The translations under genes were made by a program, and so were the position numbers. Shown here in pieces: positions 1 to 11,520 of a stretch of DNA of 64,000 nucleotides (the first letter of the stretch is position 1; each line of letters begins with the position of its first letter). The DNA is from Camelus dromedarius (Eukaryota), in contig NC_087447.1 in assembly GCF_036321535.1 (NCBI RefSeq), forward strand, positions 49,478,001 to 49,542,000. The letters are read 5' to 3'. The notes below the pieces were generated by a model. It did no database searches and was not told the origin of the DNA. It worked only from the letters and a program-made list of their open reading frames with translations.

Positions 1-222
1 GGCTCTAATCCAAAATGACTGGTGTCCTTATAAAGAGGGGACCTTTGGACACAGAGATGCATCTACAAGCAAAGGGGAGAGGCCAGGACCAGATCTTTCC
101 CTCACAGCCTTGCTTACACCTTGATAATGGACCCTTGGCCTTCAGAACTGAAATAATACATTTTGGTTTTTAAGCCACTCAGTTCATGGTACTTTATTAC
201 AGCCTTATGGTAACAAAGAAAA
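1..222 (+). mobile_element. MaLR (MLT1-type) LTR fragment
   Basis: Motifs ctaatccaaaatgactggtgtccttataaaga...ccctcacagcc...agaactg...ttaagccactcagtt..tggtacttt resemble recalled MLT1 consensus. Confidence 0.75.
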
Positions 223-995
223 ATCTACCTGTAATCCTCTTCTGCTATCAGAACAAAGCCCAAGCTCCTGACCACACACACTCGAGGCTCAAGTTCTTCC
301 CAAGTGCCATCCTGGGGTGAGTCAGCCAGAGGCCGTCCCTTCAAGCCAGGTACAATGATGTTTAGTTCTTGTTGCCCAGCAAGCAGTGCCCCCTCACTAC
401 CTCTGAACACATGCTGTTCCTGCCTGGAATGTCCTTCCTTCCCATTTCAGCTATATCCCCTCGTAAAGTAGGTCCTAAAACCTTCCTAACTGCTCCAGGG
501 AGCTCTGAACCCTTCTGTCCTCCTTGCACCCAACTCTGGCTCAGCACCCCCATCTGTTAGAGCTCTCATGACACCTAATTTTCCATGTGTGTGTTTACAG
601 CTGCCTCCCCCATCAGACTGGGAATGTCAACAGGGGTTAGCGGCAAGCTGAGGTGAAATCAGTATTTGTGGGGTCTGTGTATGAACCAGGCATGGCAGGA
701 TGGGCCTTCAAAGCAGACTTCTCCCTCCACCCCTGTATGTCACCCTTGCACACCACCCGTAGGGCTAACACTAATCCACAGTACCTGGCTGCATGTGGAA
801 GGGTGCACATTTCTGTGTGTGTGTGTATTTGCGTACCTCTGGACCAGTGTGGGCATGAAGCTAGGTGAATATCTGTGCCGTGTCCCTACTGGTATGTGCT
901 GCGTGTGAAGTGTGTACATATCCACCTGTGTGCACGTGTTGGGTGCAGAGAACAGAGCACAGAGCCTATTTCAACCTATCTGCAGGGCTGCACAC

Positions 996-1108
996 CTGAG
1001 AAGATGAGTTTCTCCTTCATGATGCTGACATCCCGGCTGGTCCGGCGTACCGCAGCGCTCAGCATGATCTGCTCAGGGTTGTAGCTCCGTATGCCACCCA
1101 GGCGCCAC
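996..1108 (-). CDS. GDPD5: GDPD5 coding exon 14 (WRLGGIRSYNPEQIMLSAAVRRTSRDVSIMKEKLIFS); the CDS continues beyond the left edge of the window
   Basis: Acceptor tctgcag|G, donor G|GTGTG, 113 nt (phase 2 to 1). No terminal exon was found in 1-995. Confidence 0.96.
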
Positions 1109-3326
1109 CTGCAGAGACAGCCCCATGGGCATCAGGTCCTTCCCCTCCCTTCCTGGGAGCAGGGATCTTGCCCACTCCCATGTTCTCTCTGGATCTGGCC
1201 TGAGACCAGCAGGACTCTTGTCCTGTACAGATGGGGAAGCTGAGGCCCAGAGAAGGGCAGAGCTGGGGCTTGAGTCAGTCTGCTCTCAGCCAGGGCTCTC
1301 CAGTCCTCTTACTTCTAGAACCCTAAATCTACTCCCCTTGCCCAGGAAGATGGTTTGGGGTTGGTTACTTATGTTTCAGGTGCCCCCAGTTATACACCTA
1401 GCTCTCTTTGGATAGGAGAAATTTGGGGGTGGGGGTTTCTTAGCAGGCATGAACTCTGATGACCCACCTAGGGTACACACCAGTCTTGAGGAGCCCCAGC
1501 TGATGTCACCTACAGCTCCACCATCAGAACCAGGCTGAGTGAAGCCAGTGAGGAACCCCCAGAGGAAGTGAAGGAAAGCAGGGAGGGGAGGGGAGACAGC
1601 AGGGAGCTTATCTTCACGGGTGCACAAGGCAAGGGTGCTGGAGTGACTTCAGGGTGGGGCCTGCTGCTGCTCTGTTCCAACAGCCTTGGAAGAGTGGGGT
1701 GCATAATCCCTAATGGGGAGGGACAGGCTGGGGTGTTACCCCTTTAATGATGGGGAAAGGTGGGGGCAAAAATTAATTGAATGGGCTGAGAGATGGGGCT
1801 GCATAGGTCATGTAGGGACCAGGCGGAGCTGGGAGAACTTGGGCTCCTTTGCCCAGCCCTGGGTACAGTTTTTGCTGTTACAGTTTTTCTGAACTAGCCC
1901 CAAATCCCTGGCCTTTGAACTTGTATTTTTCTTGGAACCTAGACAGAAGGACTCATTTGACCCCCATCCCCACTCAGGGAAGTGGGGATCAGTTTGGAAA
2001 CAAAAACCCAATCCCTCAGGGCCCTGAGCCCTGCTGGAGTGGGTGGAGGGAGCCCAGACTTCACCAGAAATTGGTTGTTTCCAAATGGGATCAGCGCAGC
2101 AGAAATGAACAGAAAGGACAGGCAGACAGGTGGATGAATAAAGCAGACAGACAAGGGGAAAGCCAGAGGCAGAGGGGAAGGCAGCCGGCACTCTTGCTGG
2201 GCTGGCTGCCCTACATGTCCATGAGGACAGCATTTGGGTCTCTTACTTATCGCTGTGTCCACCCCACCCCCTAGCACTGAGTACTATAACTACTTGATTA
2301 GTGAATGAATGGAAATATGAGGCCCACAGGGAAATGATCTTCTTCCATAGGGTCCTCTCCTCCATCAGGCCTTTCCTGACCCCCAGGAAGACAGTGATGC
2401 TGCCCTGGTTGTATCCATGGAGCACACTGGGGCTCTGGGTGGGAAGGCCTGACTCCTTGCTACAGGCCCAGTACAGACCTAGCCACCACGTGTGTACATA
2501 TGCCGACTGAGATGGTGGAAGGACCAGGTAAATGGCTGTTTGCTGGGTTCAGTCCCACAGTCAGGGAGCACGGAGTTCCTCCTCCTAGAAGCTGGTCAGT
2601 GAAGGTGCCTGACCCAGGAAGGCCCAAGGCACTTGACCAAGGGGGACTTGGATCCCCAAGACTTAGGTCTTACCTTGGAAATTAACATTAAACCCAGGAG
2701 GAAAGTGTCAGGCCCGGCCGGGTCTGTACAGCAAAGTACATCAGGGATAGGAAGCTCAACCACTGGGGATCCTTCCCAGAGGAAAGTGGGGGACGCTGTG
2801 CACATGGGGGGAGACGTGTGGTGGGAGTCAGAAAGTGAAGAAGTGATAGGAACAGATGAGAGAGACAGACAGAAAAATAGAGAGTGAGCGATGTGAGAGG
2901 TGGGGAAGCAACAGGTGGGCAGGGAGAGATAGAACTTGATAGGCTGTGTGGCAGGTAGTGGTGAAGGCCCTGCCCAGAGTGCCAAACTTGGGAGTGGAGG
3001 TAGGGGTGATGCCAAGGAAGAACCCCCTCCCCAGAGGGAAATGCTTTGGTGCTGAGAGAGGCCAGGTCAGCAACCTACAAGGAAACACTTATTCCTTGTC
3101 TGTGGGAAGAACAGAGAGCAGAGGGACACACACAGCAAGATGGGAAGAGAGAAGGGAGGACTGCAGGGGAAAGGAGGGGAGGGGAGGAGGCTTCAGGCAG
3201 GGAAGGTGTCTGGGAGGGTGACCCGGGCCCAGGGCTCTCAAGAGGCAGGCTTTTGAACGGAAGTGGAGAAGGGGCGGTGAGAAGGGAGAAAGAGGAGCAG
3301 GAGGAGGAGGACCACACCAGAATTAC

Positions 3327-3341
3327 CTGATCAAGTGATAG
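3327..3341 (-). CDS. GDPD5: Candidate 15-nt alternative microexon of GDPD5 (changes ...LQ-K-WRL... to ...LQ-NYHLIR-WRL...)
   Basis: ctcacag|CTATCACTTGATCAG|gtaatt. Phase 2-2 and frame-preserving; preceded by a long polypyrimidine tract and TGCTGC. Confidence 0.8.
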
Positions 3342-3915
3342 CTGTGAGATGCCAGAGTGCAGCAGAGAGGGGGAAAGGGAGGGAGAGAGAGGAGGGACAT
3401 GCGCCGGATCAGAGCAGTATGGGACAGAGAGAGAACATCAGTCAAGAATAAAACCCCAGCCCACTGCTTTATGGCTGAGTTGGGGCCCCGGCTTGGCCCT
3501 AAAACCTCCCTGGGACCAACCCCCACCTCCCCTGTGGCTACCACCCCAGCTGTTGTCCTGAGGGGTGGAGAGATCTGCAGCCTGGCATGACTGTGTGAGT
3601 GCTGTGGGAACCCATACCCTAGGTGACAGGCAAGGAGACAAGCCTGGAGGGGAACCAAAACTTGCCCAAGTCCACACAGCAAATCCTGGCACAGCTTGGC
3701 TTGGGACTCCCAGCTGGTTGCTCATTCCAGAAGCCACCCTGCTCTGGCTGAGAGGGGACGGGCTGGGGGCCACTGGGAGGCCTCCTCCCCTGAACAGGGC
3801 TGTCTGGTCAGGACAACTCCTGGCTGAGGGCTCAGGAGGACATTCACCTGGCTAGGGTGGGGGCTGGCCTGTCTTGGGCAGGGAAGGCCATGGAAGGTAG
3901 TCAGGGCCTACTCAC

Positions 3916-3998
3916 TTTTGGAGCACGAAGATGCCAATGATGAGGGTGAAGGAGATCAGGTCGGCGGTGACCCACATGAGGCAGTACTCGTCCGGGGG
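3916..3998 (-). CDS. GDPD5: GDPD5 coding exon 13 (PPDEYCLMWVTADLISFTLIIGIFVLQ-K/N), last TM helix
   Basis: Translated by hand. Acceptor tccacag|CCC, donor AA|GTGAG, 83 nt (phase 0 to 2). Confidence 0.96.
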
Positions 3999-5218
3999 CT
4001 GTGGACAGATGGCCCATGGCCAGCCTCCAGTCATGGCTGGTCCAGACCAAGGGTCCATGGGCAGGAGGACCCCACATCACAATCAGGGAGGGGCAGAGGA
4101 GGTCCTGGAGGGGGCTTGAGATTATACTTTGTAGAGGTGGGCTCTAGGCACCGGGTTTGGGTGTGTGTGTACACAGGATAAAAGAGATCTGTGCAGTGTT
4201 CAGAGTAGAGGTGGTATGTGTTAAACCTAGAAGGTCTGTGTGCTTAAGGGCCTTAAAGCGAGAGCTGAATAATGAAAGACAAGTAGCTGAACATGAGGGT
4301 GTGATGTGACTAGCAGGTGTGTATGTGAAGAGGTGTGTGGCATCCATGTGGCTATCATTGTAGGGTGTGGAGTGTGGGGGCTTCCTCCCCAGGGGATGCG
4401 TAGAGAGGGGACAGGGAGGGCAAAGCCTCCAGACCGGCCAGGCCTCCCACCCCCTCGATCTCAGGTAACGTGTGGAGGAGGGGTTGGGGCTGGGTGAGGG
4501 GCACTTCCTGCTGTTGGTCAGCTCCTGTGGCCTCAAATTTTGTGCTCATAGCTCCTGCCGCCACAGTCAGTTACATCATCTCATTCCAAGCTGAGCCTTC
4601 AGAGATTTTAAAGGACAGTGGGTGAGTAGACGGAGATAACCACCCGTAACCTAGATCTGGTTCACTGTCATTGTCTTAGCTGTTAATGGGACTGTCCATC
4701 TGCCTTGCATGTCCTCAGGGAGGTGGCAGTGGGAACACAGAAGGGAGGTCAAGGGCTCCCCAAGCTCCCCGGTTGGCAGAACTGGGACTGGAATGCAGGC
4801 CTGTCTTCAGGTGCTGGGTCAACCAGCTGAAAACTGGTCTTACTGGCTGTAATCTCTGAACAGATTTTAATGTTCCTTATTCTTGTCTTATTACCCTCTT
4901 TCCCCAATGACTTCCCTTCCTTTAAAACAAAACATAATAATCCCCCAAACCAAAAAAGCCCAAGGAGGTATTTATTTTTCTAGGGCTCTTGATGTTTTTC
5001 ATCATGTGGCTCAGGCCCAGGTTCTTCCTACCTCCCAGCACCTTGGTGCAGACCCCAGAGGCCATAGGAATCCTCTTCGTGCCTCATGGCTGTCCCCCCC
5101 ACCTGCCTGCACTCTTCCACCCTGAGACCTCCCCAGAGAGACAGCCCCAAGTGTGGAAACTGCCTCCCACCCCAGGTGTCACAGGCAGCTCTCTGCTGCC
5201 AACATCCCCCCAACTCAC

Positions 5219-5366
5219 CATGATCCAGAGTGGGGAAGGCACCTGGGACAGGGTGTGGGAGTTGTCAGAGGTGACAGACGGGACCCCCGCGCACCACAGC
5301 AGGGAGAAGAGCCACGGGGCATTGACTGTGTAGAGGTTCACACTCAGATTCCAGGATGCATAGTCC
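5219..5366 (-). CDS. GDPD5: GDPD5 coding exon 12 (DYASWNLSVNLYTVN...VPSPLWIM)
   Basis: GDPD YTVN and GV..VTSD motifs. Acceptor cccacag|G, donor ATG|GTGAG, 148 nt (phase 2 to 0). Confidence 0.97.
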
Positions 5367-5593
5367 CTGTGGGGCAGGGACAGAGGCTGGTTGGCCCTTG
5401 GACCAGTGTCGGAAGCTTGTAAAGCAGGGCCCTTCACAACCTCATGCCATCCTCACAACTGACCCTGGAGGAAGGCATCCCCACTCCCAGAGGGCCAAGC
5501 TCACATACAACCCAGGTCTGCCTGATTGTTCGCCACCTCTGCTTTTTGGACCCTGAGCCCCGTGAGTCCAGTCCTCCAGGTGAGTCTGGGCAC

Positions 5594-5751
5594 CTGAGCT
5601 CCTGGCGGGACACCTGAGTGTAACGCAGGTTCAGCCACTGGATGTGGCCTCTCCGCAGGCTGGCAGCTGCCTCCTTGGAACCCGATGTCTGCTGGAAGCC
5701 AGGAGCCACCTTCCGCACGAAGGGCCTCTGCCTATTAGGCAACCACAGGAC
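5594..5751 (-). CDS. GDPD5: GDPD5 coding exon 11 (VLWLPNRQRPFVRKVAPGFQQTSG...VSRQEL-R)
   Basis: Acceptor cccgcag|GTC, donor AG|GTGCC, 158 nt (phase 0 to 2). Confidence 0.96.
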
Positions 5752-6392
5752 CTGCGGGCAGGAGAGGAGCAGCTTCAGATTTCTCTTCTGTAAGGTGGGG
5801 TTAGGATGTCTACCCCTCCCTAATGGAGTACCTGGAGGGGGTAAAAGTGAGAGGACCTGGCATGCAGTGAAAACTTACATGTAATAATCATCTCCAGGGA
5901 CGACTCAGTCCCAGCCAAGGCTGGGAATTGCTCTGGCAACACCTCAGGAAGTTTCCCCTCCAGACCCAAGTCAGGACAAGAGTGATAATCTCTCAAACAT
6001 CAGTTACTCTGCATGTGGCCACCAGTGTCAAGTGTGCTGTCATAGTTGGTATTGGATATTACACCACAAGGATGTGGGCAACACTTCATAGAAGTACTGT
6101 GTTCCCAAGAACGGGCCCTGCTTCTGCCCTTTGTGCATTTTAAAGAACTTTCTTGTTCCCTCTTGACTCCATGATGACCCTGTCAGGGAGGCGAGGGGCA
6201 TGCTACCCTCATTTTACAAATGTGGAAGCTGAGGCCTGAAGAGAGCATGTGGTGAGTTTATTGCTGGAGCAAGACTCCAGGCAGGCTGGGGGTGAGGGTG
6301 CGAAGCAGGGCAGGGCTGGGTGGTGCTCCCGGAGGGGAAGGGCAGGGCTCCCTAGGGGTAGAGCTGGATGAGACTGGGCTGCAGGACCTCAC

Positions 6393-6611
6393 CTGGTGCT
6401 GGGGGAAGCCCGAGTGCAGTAGGGCCTCCAGCGTGACGTTGAGGAAGCTGCTGCGATAAGGGTGCTCCCGTGGTGGGTCACGCAGGTTGAGCAGCAGTGT
6501 GGCATTGCCCTTGGCCAGCTCCAGGAGCTCCACTAGGCTGCAGATGGACTGGTTTTGGGCCTCCCTGTGGTCGGAGGGTGACAAGGAGCTGGCCGTCCAG
6601 AAGGGGTCCGT
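6393..6611 (-). CDS. GDPD5: GDPD5 coding exon 10 (TDPFWTASSL...HSGFPQHQ)
   Basis: Acceptor ctgccag|ACG, donor CAG|GTGAG, 219 nt; N-glycosylation sequons NQS, NAT, NVT. Confidence 0.97.
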
Positions 6612-7160
6612 CTGGCAGAGACAGGGACGCACGTAGCTTATCTCACCAGTCCTATGGGGCCTCCGTGTGCCTTCCTGGCTACCAAACTTGGAGACCCCTG
6701 ATCTGTCAGTGTCTGCTGGTGTGTGCAAGTCAGGCAAATTGAAGGCTGTGGCCCTGTGGGGCTCCAGGAGAACCCATTCTAGCCTCTCTGTCCCAGTCTG
6801 CTTACCAAAAGATTGATTCCCTTGGAACCTCTCCCAGACCTCAGTAGTTTCTCCTTCAGTAGCATTTCAGACCAGAGAACAAACCTTCTACAGTTTGCAG
6901 CTTTAACAACTTTAACTATTAACCATTAAAATCATTATCAAATTTTTCTGGTGGGGAGACAGAACCAGACAAGCAGTGACACCCACGACATCTGGGCTGC
7001 AGTGGCAGGAGCCCAAGAAGCCACTAACCAGCCTGGCTGTGAGTCGGGGAAGCTCAGTGTGTAGGGGTCACCTGAGCTGATGGCTGCCCCTGGCCCCCTC
7101 ACTCCTTGGGGTCCCCACCCATGCTTTCCATGCCTAGGACTGGGACAGGTGCTGCCAGAC

Positions 7161-7311
7161 CTTCAGGAACCACTGGCCGGCATTGAGCCTCTGCAGGAAG
7201 GTCCAGTTGAGCATGGAGGCAGGCCTGCGGGCAAGCTCCGGGAACTCCTCCTCCACGTTGGTGGTGCGTTGCAGGGTGGTGTCGTGCATGAGGAAGGGCA
7301 CACCGTCCAGG
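7161..7311 (-). CDS. GDPD5: GDPD5 coding exon 9 (LDGVPFLMHDTTLQRTTN...NAGQWFLK); second catalytic His (His275)
   Basis: GDPD DG.....HD..L.RTTN motif. Acceptor cccacag|C, donor AAG|GTCTG, 151 nt (phase 2 to 0). Confidence 0.97.
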
Positions 7312-8450
7312 CTGTGGGAGGGTTGGGGCCATGGAGTCACTGCCCACCTAGGTCCCTTACCTGCCCCTCCCACACACTCCTCCTCGCCCACCTATACCAA
7401 CCTACCAGGCAGGCTCTGCCCCTCTCTAGGTCTCAGGTTCCCATCTGCAGAGGGAGGTCAGTGGACTAAATGACTCCCTCTGGCTCTCTCTGAGGGTCAG
7501 ACAGGGGTGGGGACTGCTGAGGGGGGAAGAGCTGGGCCTATTCTCTTAGCAGTCTTGGAAGGTAGGTGCTATCTCATTTGATAATGGGGAAACTGAGGCT
7601 GGAGAGAGCAGTATCTAACTGAAGGCCCACCAGAAAAATAAATGGTAAAACTTGGCTTAGAACCCACTCCACATGAAGCCACTATCAGAATAGTGCAAAT
7701 GCAAGCCCTTTTGACAGATTCCACCCTACCATTATCCTGGTCTACCTTGCTGGGGTTACCAGTAGCCCCATAAAGTAGCTTAGTGTGAAACAGTACAAAG
7801 GCACCTGTGCTCCTCTTCCTCAAGGAGTTTTTCTACCATCTGCTAGAAAGTTTTGATAAATACACAATTCTGTGTCTATAATGGGAATCATGTCCTCACA
7901 TATGTGGTGCCCTTGTTCAATACACAACCTGTGGACCTATAAGTGGCAGCCCTGTCCCTCTCCTCTTCTCAGAGATGTTATCAGATCAGTGTGGATTCTC
8001 CTTGCCCTTTACACTAACACATACTTACACATCTTACATATCTATGTGTAGAAAATGTATAAATCATTTTTAAGTGATCCTTAAAAATGTAATTAACATC
8101 ACAGTGAATGTATCACTCTGCAACTTGCATATTTCACTCATCACAATGTTTGAGCTCCATCTCGCTGAGCCATATAGATAAAGTCTTTACATTAAGTGGA
8201 TCTGTGGCAGGACTCCAGGTCCTCACCTCAGCCCTGCTTGAACCAAAAGTGTCTTTTTTCCCCCTCCATTTTATATCCTGGAATTTGGCACAATATTTAT
8301 TTGCACTAACATGGTGCCCTGCAGTGGATAATCCTAGCCTCTGCTCTCCCACCTCCAAGGCTCTGGGACCAGAGGTTTCTCCAGTAGATACCTGGATGTG
8401 GATGTGCTGAGGAGAGGAAGAGGTGCTGTCCTCCGGGCCGCCACACCTAC

Positions 8451-8533
8451 CTGATGGTGATGTCAGCCTGGAGGCCATACAGCTTCTGCTCTAGCGCCTT
8501 CCTGAAGGACATCAGCGTGTGCTCTGGGGCGAG
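8451..8533 (-). CDS. GDPD5: GDPD5 coding exon 8 (LAPEHTLMSFRKALEQKLYGLQADITI-S)
   Basis: Translated by hand; GDPD APEHT motif. Acceptor ccccag|CTC, donor AG|GTAGG, 83 nt (phase 0 to 2). Confidence 0.96.
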
Positions 8534-10388
8534 CTGGGGAGGAAGGTGGTGGTGAGGGGAGGGTTGAGATTTAACTGATGTACTCTTCCCCAGTCAATGG
8601 GAAATCTTTCATGTTAGGAGGCTGGTGGAGGCCTGGTTCCAGTTCTCACTCCTCCAAGCAGTAGCTGTGGGGCCCTGGGCACCTACACAGCTTCTCTGAA
8701 GCTCAGTTTCCTCATCTGTTAAATCACATCTGCCTCACAAGTTTGAGGGGACAGACAGGGGTGGCTAGTGTTGATGTATATAAATGTAGGGGTGGGAGGG
8801 TTTTTTTTTTGTACAGTCCTCTGCCTGTATGCAGTCTTGGGCTGGGCTGAATGCCAAGTTTCCTCCTAATTATACCCTGAGTCCAGGTGGAGATTCCCAA
8901 AGGGAGAGGAGAGGGAAGGTAGTATGGCAGAGTTTCAGTCGGGTGACCCATTCCCACATATATATAAACATGACAAGACTATCTCCTGGAGTGTTATAAG
9001 GATTAAAAGCCCCTAACACGTTGCCTGACATATAGCAAGTGCTTAATAAATGACAACTGTTAACCCTATAACCTATATATCGGAAAATCCTGGTCTAGTC
9101 CAAACTCTGCCGTTCACTAAGTTTGTGACTTTCACTGCATCTCTTTATCCTGTGGGCCTCAGTTTCCCCACTTGCCACTTGGGGGTGTACATTCACTGTT
9201 CTCTGAGGGTCCTTCCAGTTGAGGGAGTTGGGGTTCTAGTCTCCCTCCCTAGTTGTCTGGTCTGATGATCCTGTCATACACTTCGCTGCCACTGGGGGTC
9301 AGCACCATACCAAGGACTAGGCTTGGACCAGGTGTGGTGTGGGATCGAGGACAAGGAGGACTTCTGGCAGAGAGGGATGGGTGGAGCATGCTCCTGTGGA
9401 TTATCCCATTCCTACCAAGACATGCTTATTCTCATCTTCTCTCCTTCTGGCCATGCTGTTCCCCAGCACAGAACATACTCTGGGAAGCAGCCTGGCAAGG
9501 CAAAGGCTTTAGAGCTGAGAAGGAGCAATTTACCTTCCCAGTCACTGACCTGGGCTGTCACTTCACTTTCTGGACCTTGGTTTCTTTAGCTATAAAAAAA
9601 AGGGCTGATTTTATCAAGCTCATAGGTGAGGTAACAGACGTCAGCAGTCTCTGCAGTGTGAGCTCCTTTCTTCCCCTTTCCCTCATGTTCCCTGGGGGAT
9701 GTGCTGCCTTGTCTCTAGGTCTAGTGGGCTGTGTGAGACCACACAGAGGCATCTAGAGAGGTGTGGATTTACTGCCTGATCATCTTTATATGCCCTGTGC
9801 CCAGACCTCCCACAAGTGACCACCTGAGAGGTACCAATGTCCCCTCCCACATGGGCTGGAGTGGCAGCAGGTAGACTAGGTAGACACGAAGAGTGTGGCA
9901 GAGGCTATGAAGACCCTTGCGGGGCAGAGGAAGTGTTTGGGAAAGGAAAAATCTTTTCTGGAGGTTTTTTAAACTCAGATCTCCCAGGGTTAGGAGCTGG
10001 CCTCCTGGAGAAAGAAGACCCCCACTGTCTTAGGCCTAAGCCCAGGTGGGGTTATTTGTCAGAAATGTGCATGTGGGCCGGGTGGTTAAAAGGCCCAGCT
10101 TTGGAGTTGGTCTTATGAAATATTAAAGTACGCCCGTATGCACAGGCCACCCACATAGGAATGATATCTCCAAGGGCACATGGACAGTGTCTCCAAAACA
10201 GGGATGAGCACTTGGGCTTACCACACACAGATGTGTGGACCCAGAGTCAACCCCCCCCACACACACACACAGGCAGATACACACAAGTGTAGACACCAAT
10301 ACTTAGGCATTCACAGTGACACAGGGAGATGTGTCAGACCCCATGCCAGCCCCTCAAGAACTACCACCAGGACACAATCAGCCAGGCA

Positions 10389-11520
10389 CACAACGCGGGA
10401 AATTCTACAGGACAAATGAGTCCATTTCTTCAACAAATAAACAGCATATGGGGGAAAAAAGAGGAGCTTTATTATAGACTAAAAGATACTTAGAAGACCT
10501 CAGCCATATGCTTCATGTGGGCCCCGTTTCGATCCTAATTTTTCACAACGCAACTATAAAGTATTTTTGAGGCAACAAAGGAAAACTGAACATTGATTCA
10601 GTATTAGATAATATTGAGGAATTATTAATTTGGTTGGGTGTAACAGCATTTGTTGTGGTTCTGTTTTAAAAAACCTTTATGGGTTTAGAGGGTGGGAGGG
10701 CAGGCATAGCTCAGTGGGTAGCGTATGTGCTTAGCATGCGTGAGGTCCTGGGTTCAATCCCCACTACCTCCATCAAAAATAAGTGAATAAACCTAGTATA
10801 ACAGCAGCCTTGTGGTTGTGGTTCTGTTTTAAAAACCTTTGTGGGCTTAGAGGGTGGGAGGGCGGGCATAGCTCAGTGGGTAGCGTACGTGCTTAGCATG
10901 CGTGAGGTCCTGGGTTCAATCCCCACTACCTCCATCAAAAATAAGTGAATAAACCTAATGTAACAGCAGCGTTGTGGTTGTGGTTCTGTTTTAAAAACCT
11001 TTGTGGGCTTAGAGGGTGGGAGGGCGGGCATAGCTCAGTGGGTAGCGTACGTGCTTAGCATGCGTGAGGTCCTGGGTTCAATCCCCACTACCTCCATCAA
11101 AAATAAGTGAATAAACCTAATGTAACAGCAGCGTTGTGGTTGTGGTTCTGTTTTAAAAACCTTTGTGGGCTTAGAGGGTGGGAGGGTGGGCATAGCTCAG
11201 TGGGTAGCGTACGTGCTTAGCATGCGTGAGGTCCTGGGTTCAGTCCTCACTATCTCCATCAAAAATAAGTGAATAAATCTAATCACATCCTTCCCTCAAA
11301 AAATAAAAAATAAAAAGCCTTTATGTATTAGAAATACATCCTGAAGTAAGAATGAGTAAAATAGTATGTCTGGGATTTGCTTTAAAATGTTGAAGCAGGG
11401 GGAAAAAAGCAGATAGATGAAACAAGAATGGTAAAATGTTGATAAATGTTGAAGGTGTATTGCATTATTATACTATTCTTTCCACTTCTGTGAATGTTTG
11501 AAATCTTTCTGCTAAAAAAA
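10389..11520 (+). mobile_element. Old L1M (L1MC-like) 3' end, interrupted by the SINE array
   Basis: AT-rich L1M 3'UTR-like sequence on both sides of the array (gaaattctacaggacaaatga...; gtctgggatttgctttaaaat...; tgtttgaaat). Confidence 0.65.
10639..11325 (+). repeat. Tandem array of four ~162-bp units, each a tRNA-Ala(AGC)-derived SINE body plus ~50 bp of flanking L1
   Basis: CATAGCTCAGTGG occurs at 10705, 10867, 11029 and 11191 (period 162). Only the last copy has the A-rich tail. TSD-like pair: AAAAAACCTTTATG (10668-10681) and AAAAAGCCTTTATG (11312-11325). Confidence 0.95.

Noticed and set aside
1..995. Terminal GDPD5 coding exon or polyA site
   Set aside because: No sequence matching the expected C-terminal tail was found; the region holds an MLT1-type LTR, L2-like and TG-rich sequence.
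10698..11260. Four apparent tRNA-Ala(AGC) genes
   Set aside because: The acceptor and T stems have mismatches, and the A-rich tail plus TSD mark them as SINE-derived. Not called as tRNAs.
10639..11325. CRISPR-like regular repeat
   Set aside because: Eukaryotic context, and the units are near-identical throughout with no unique spacers.
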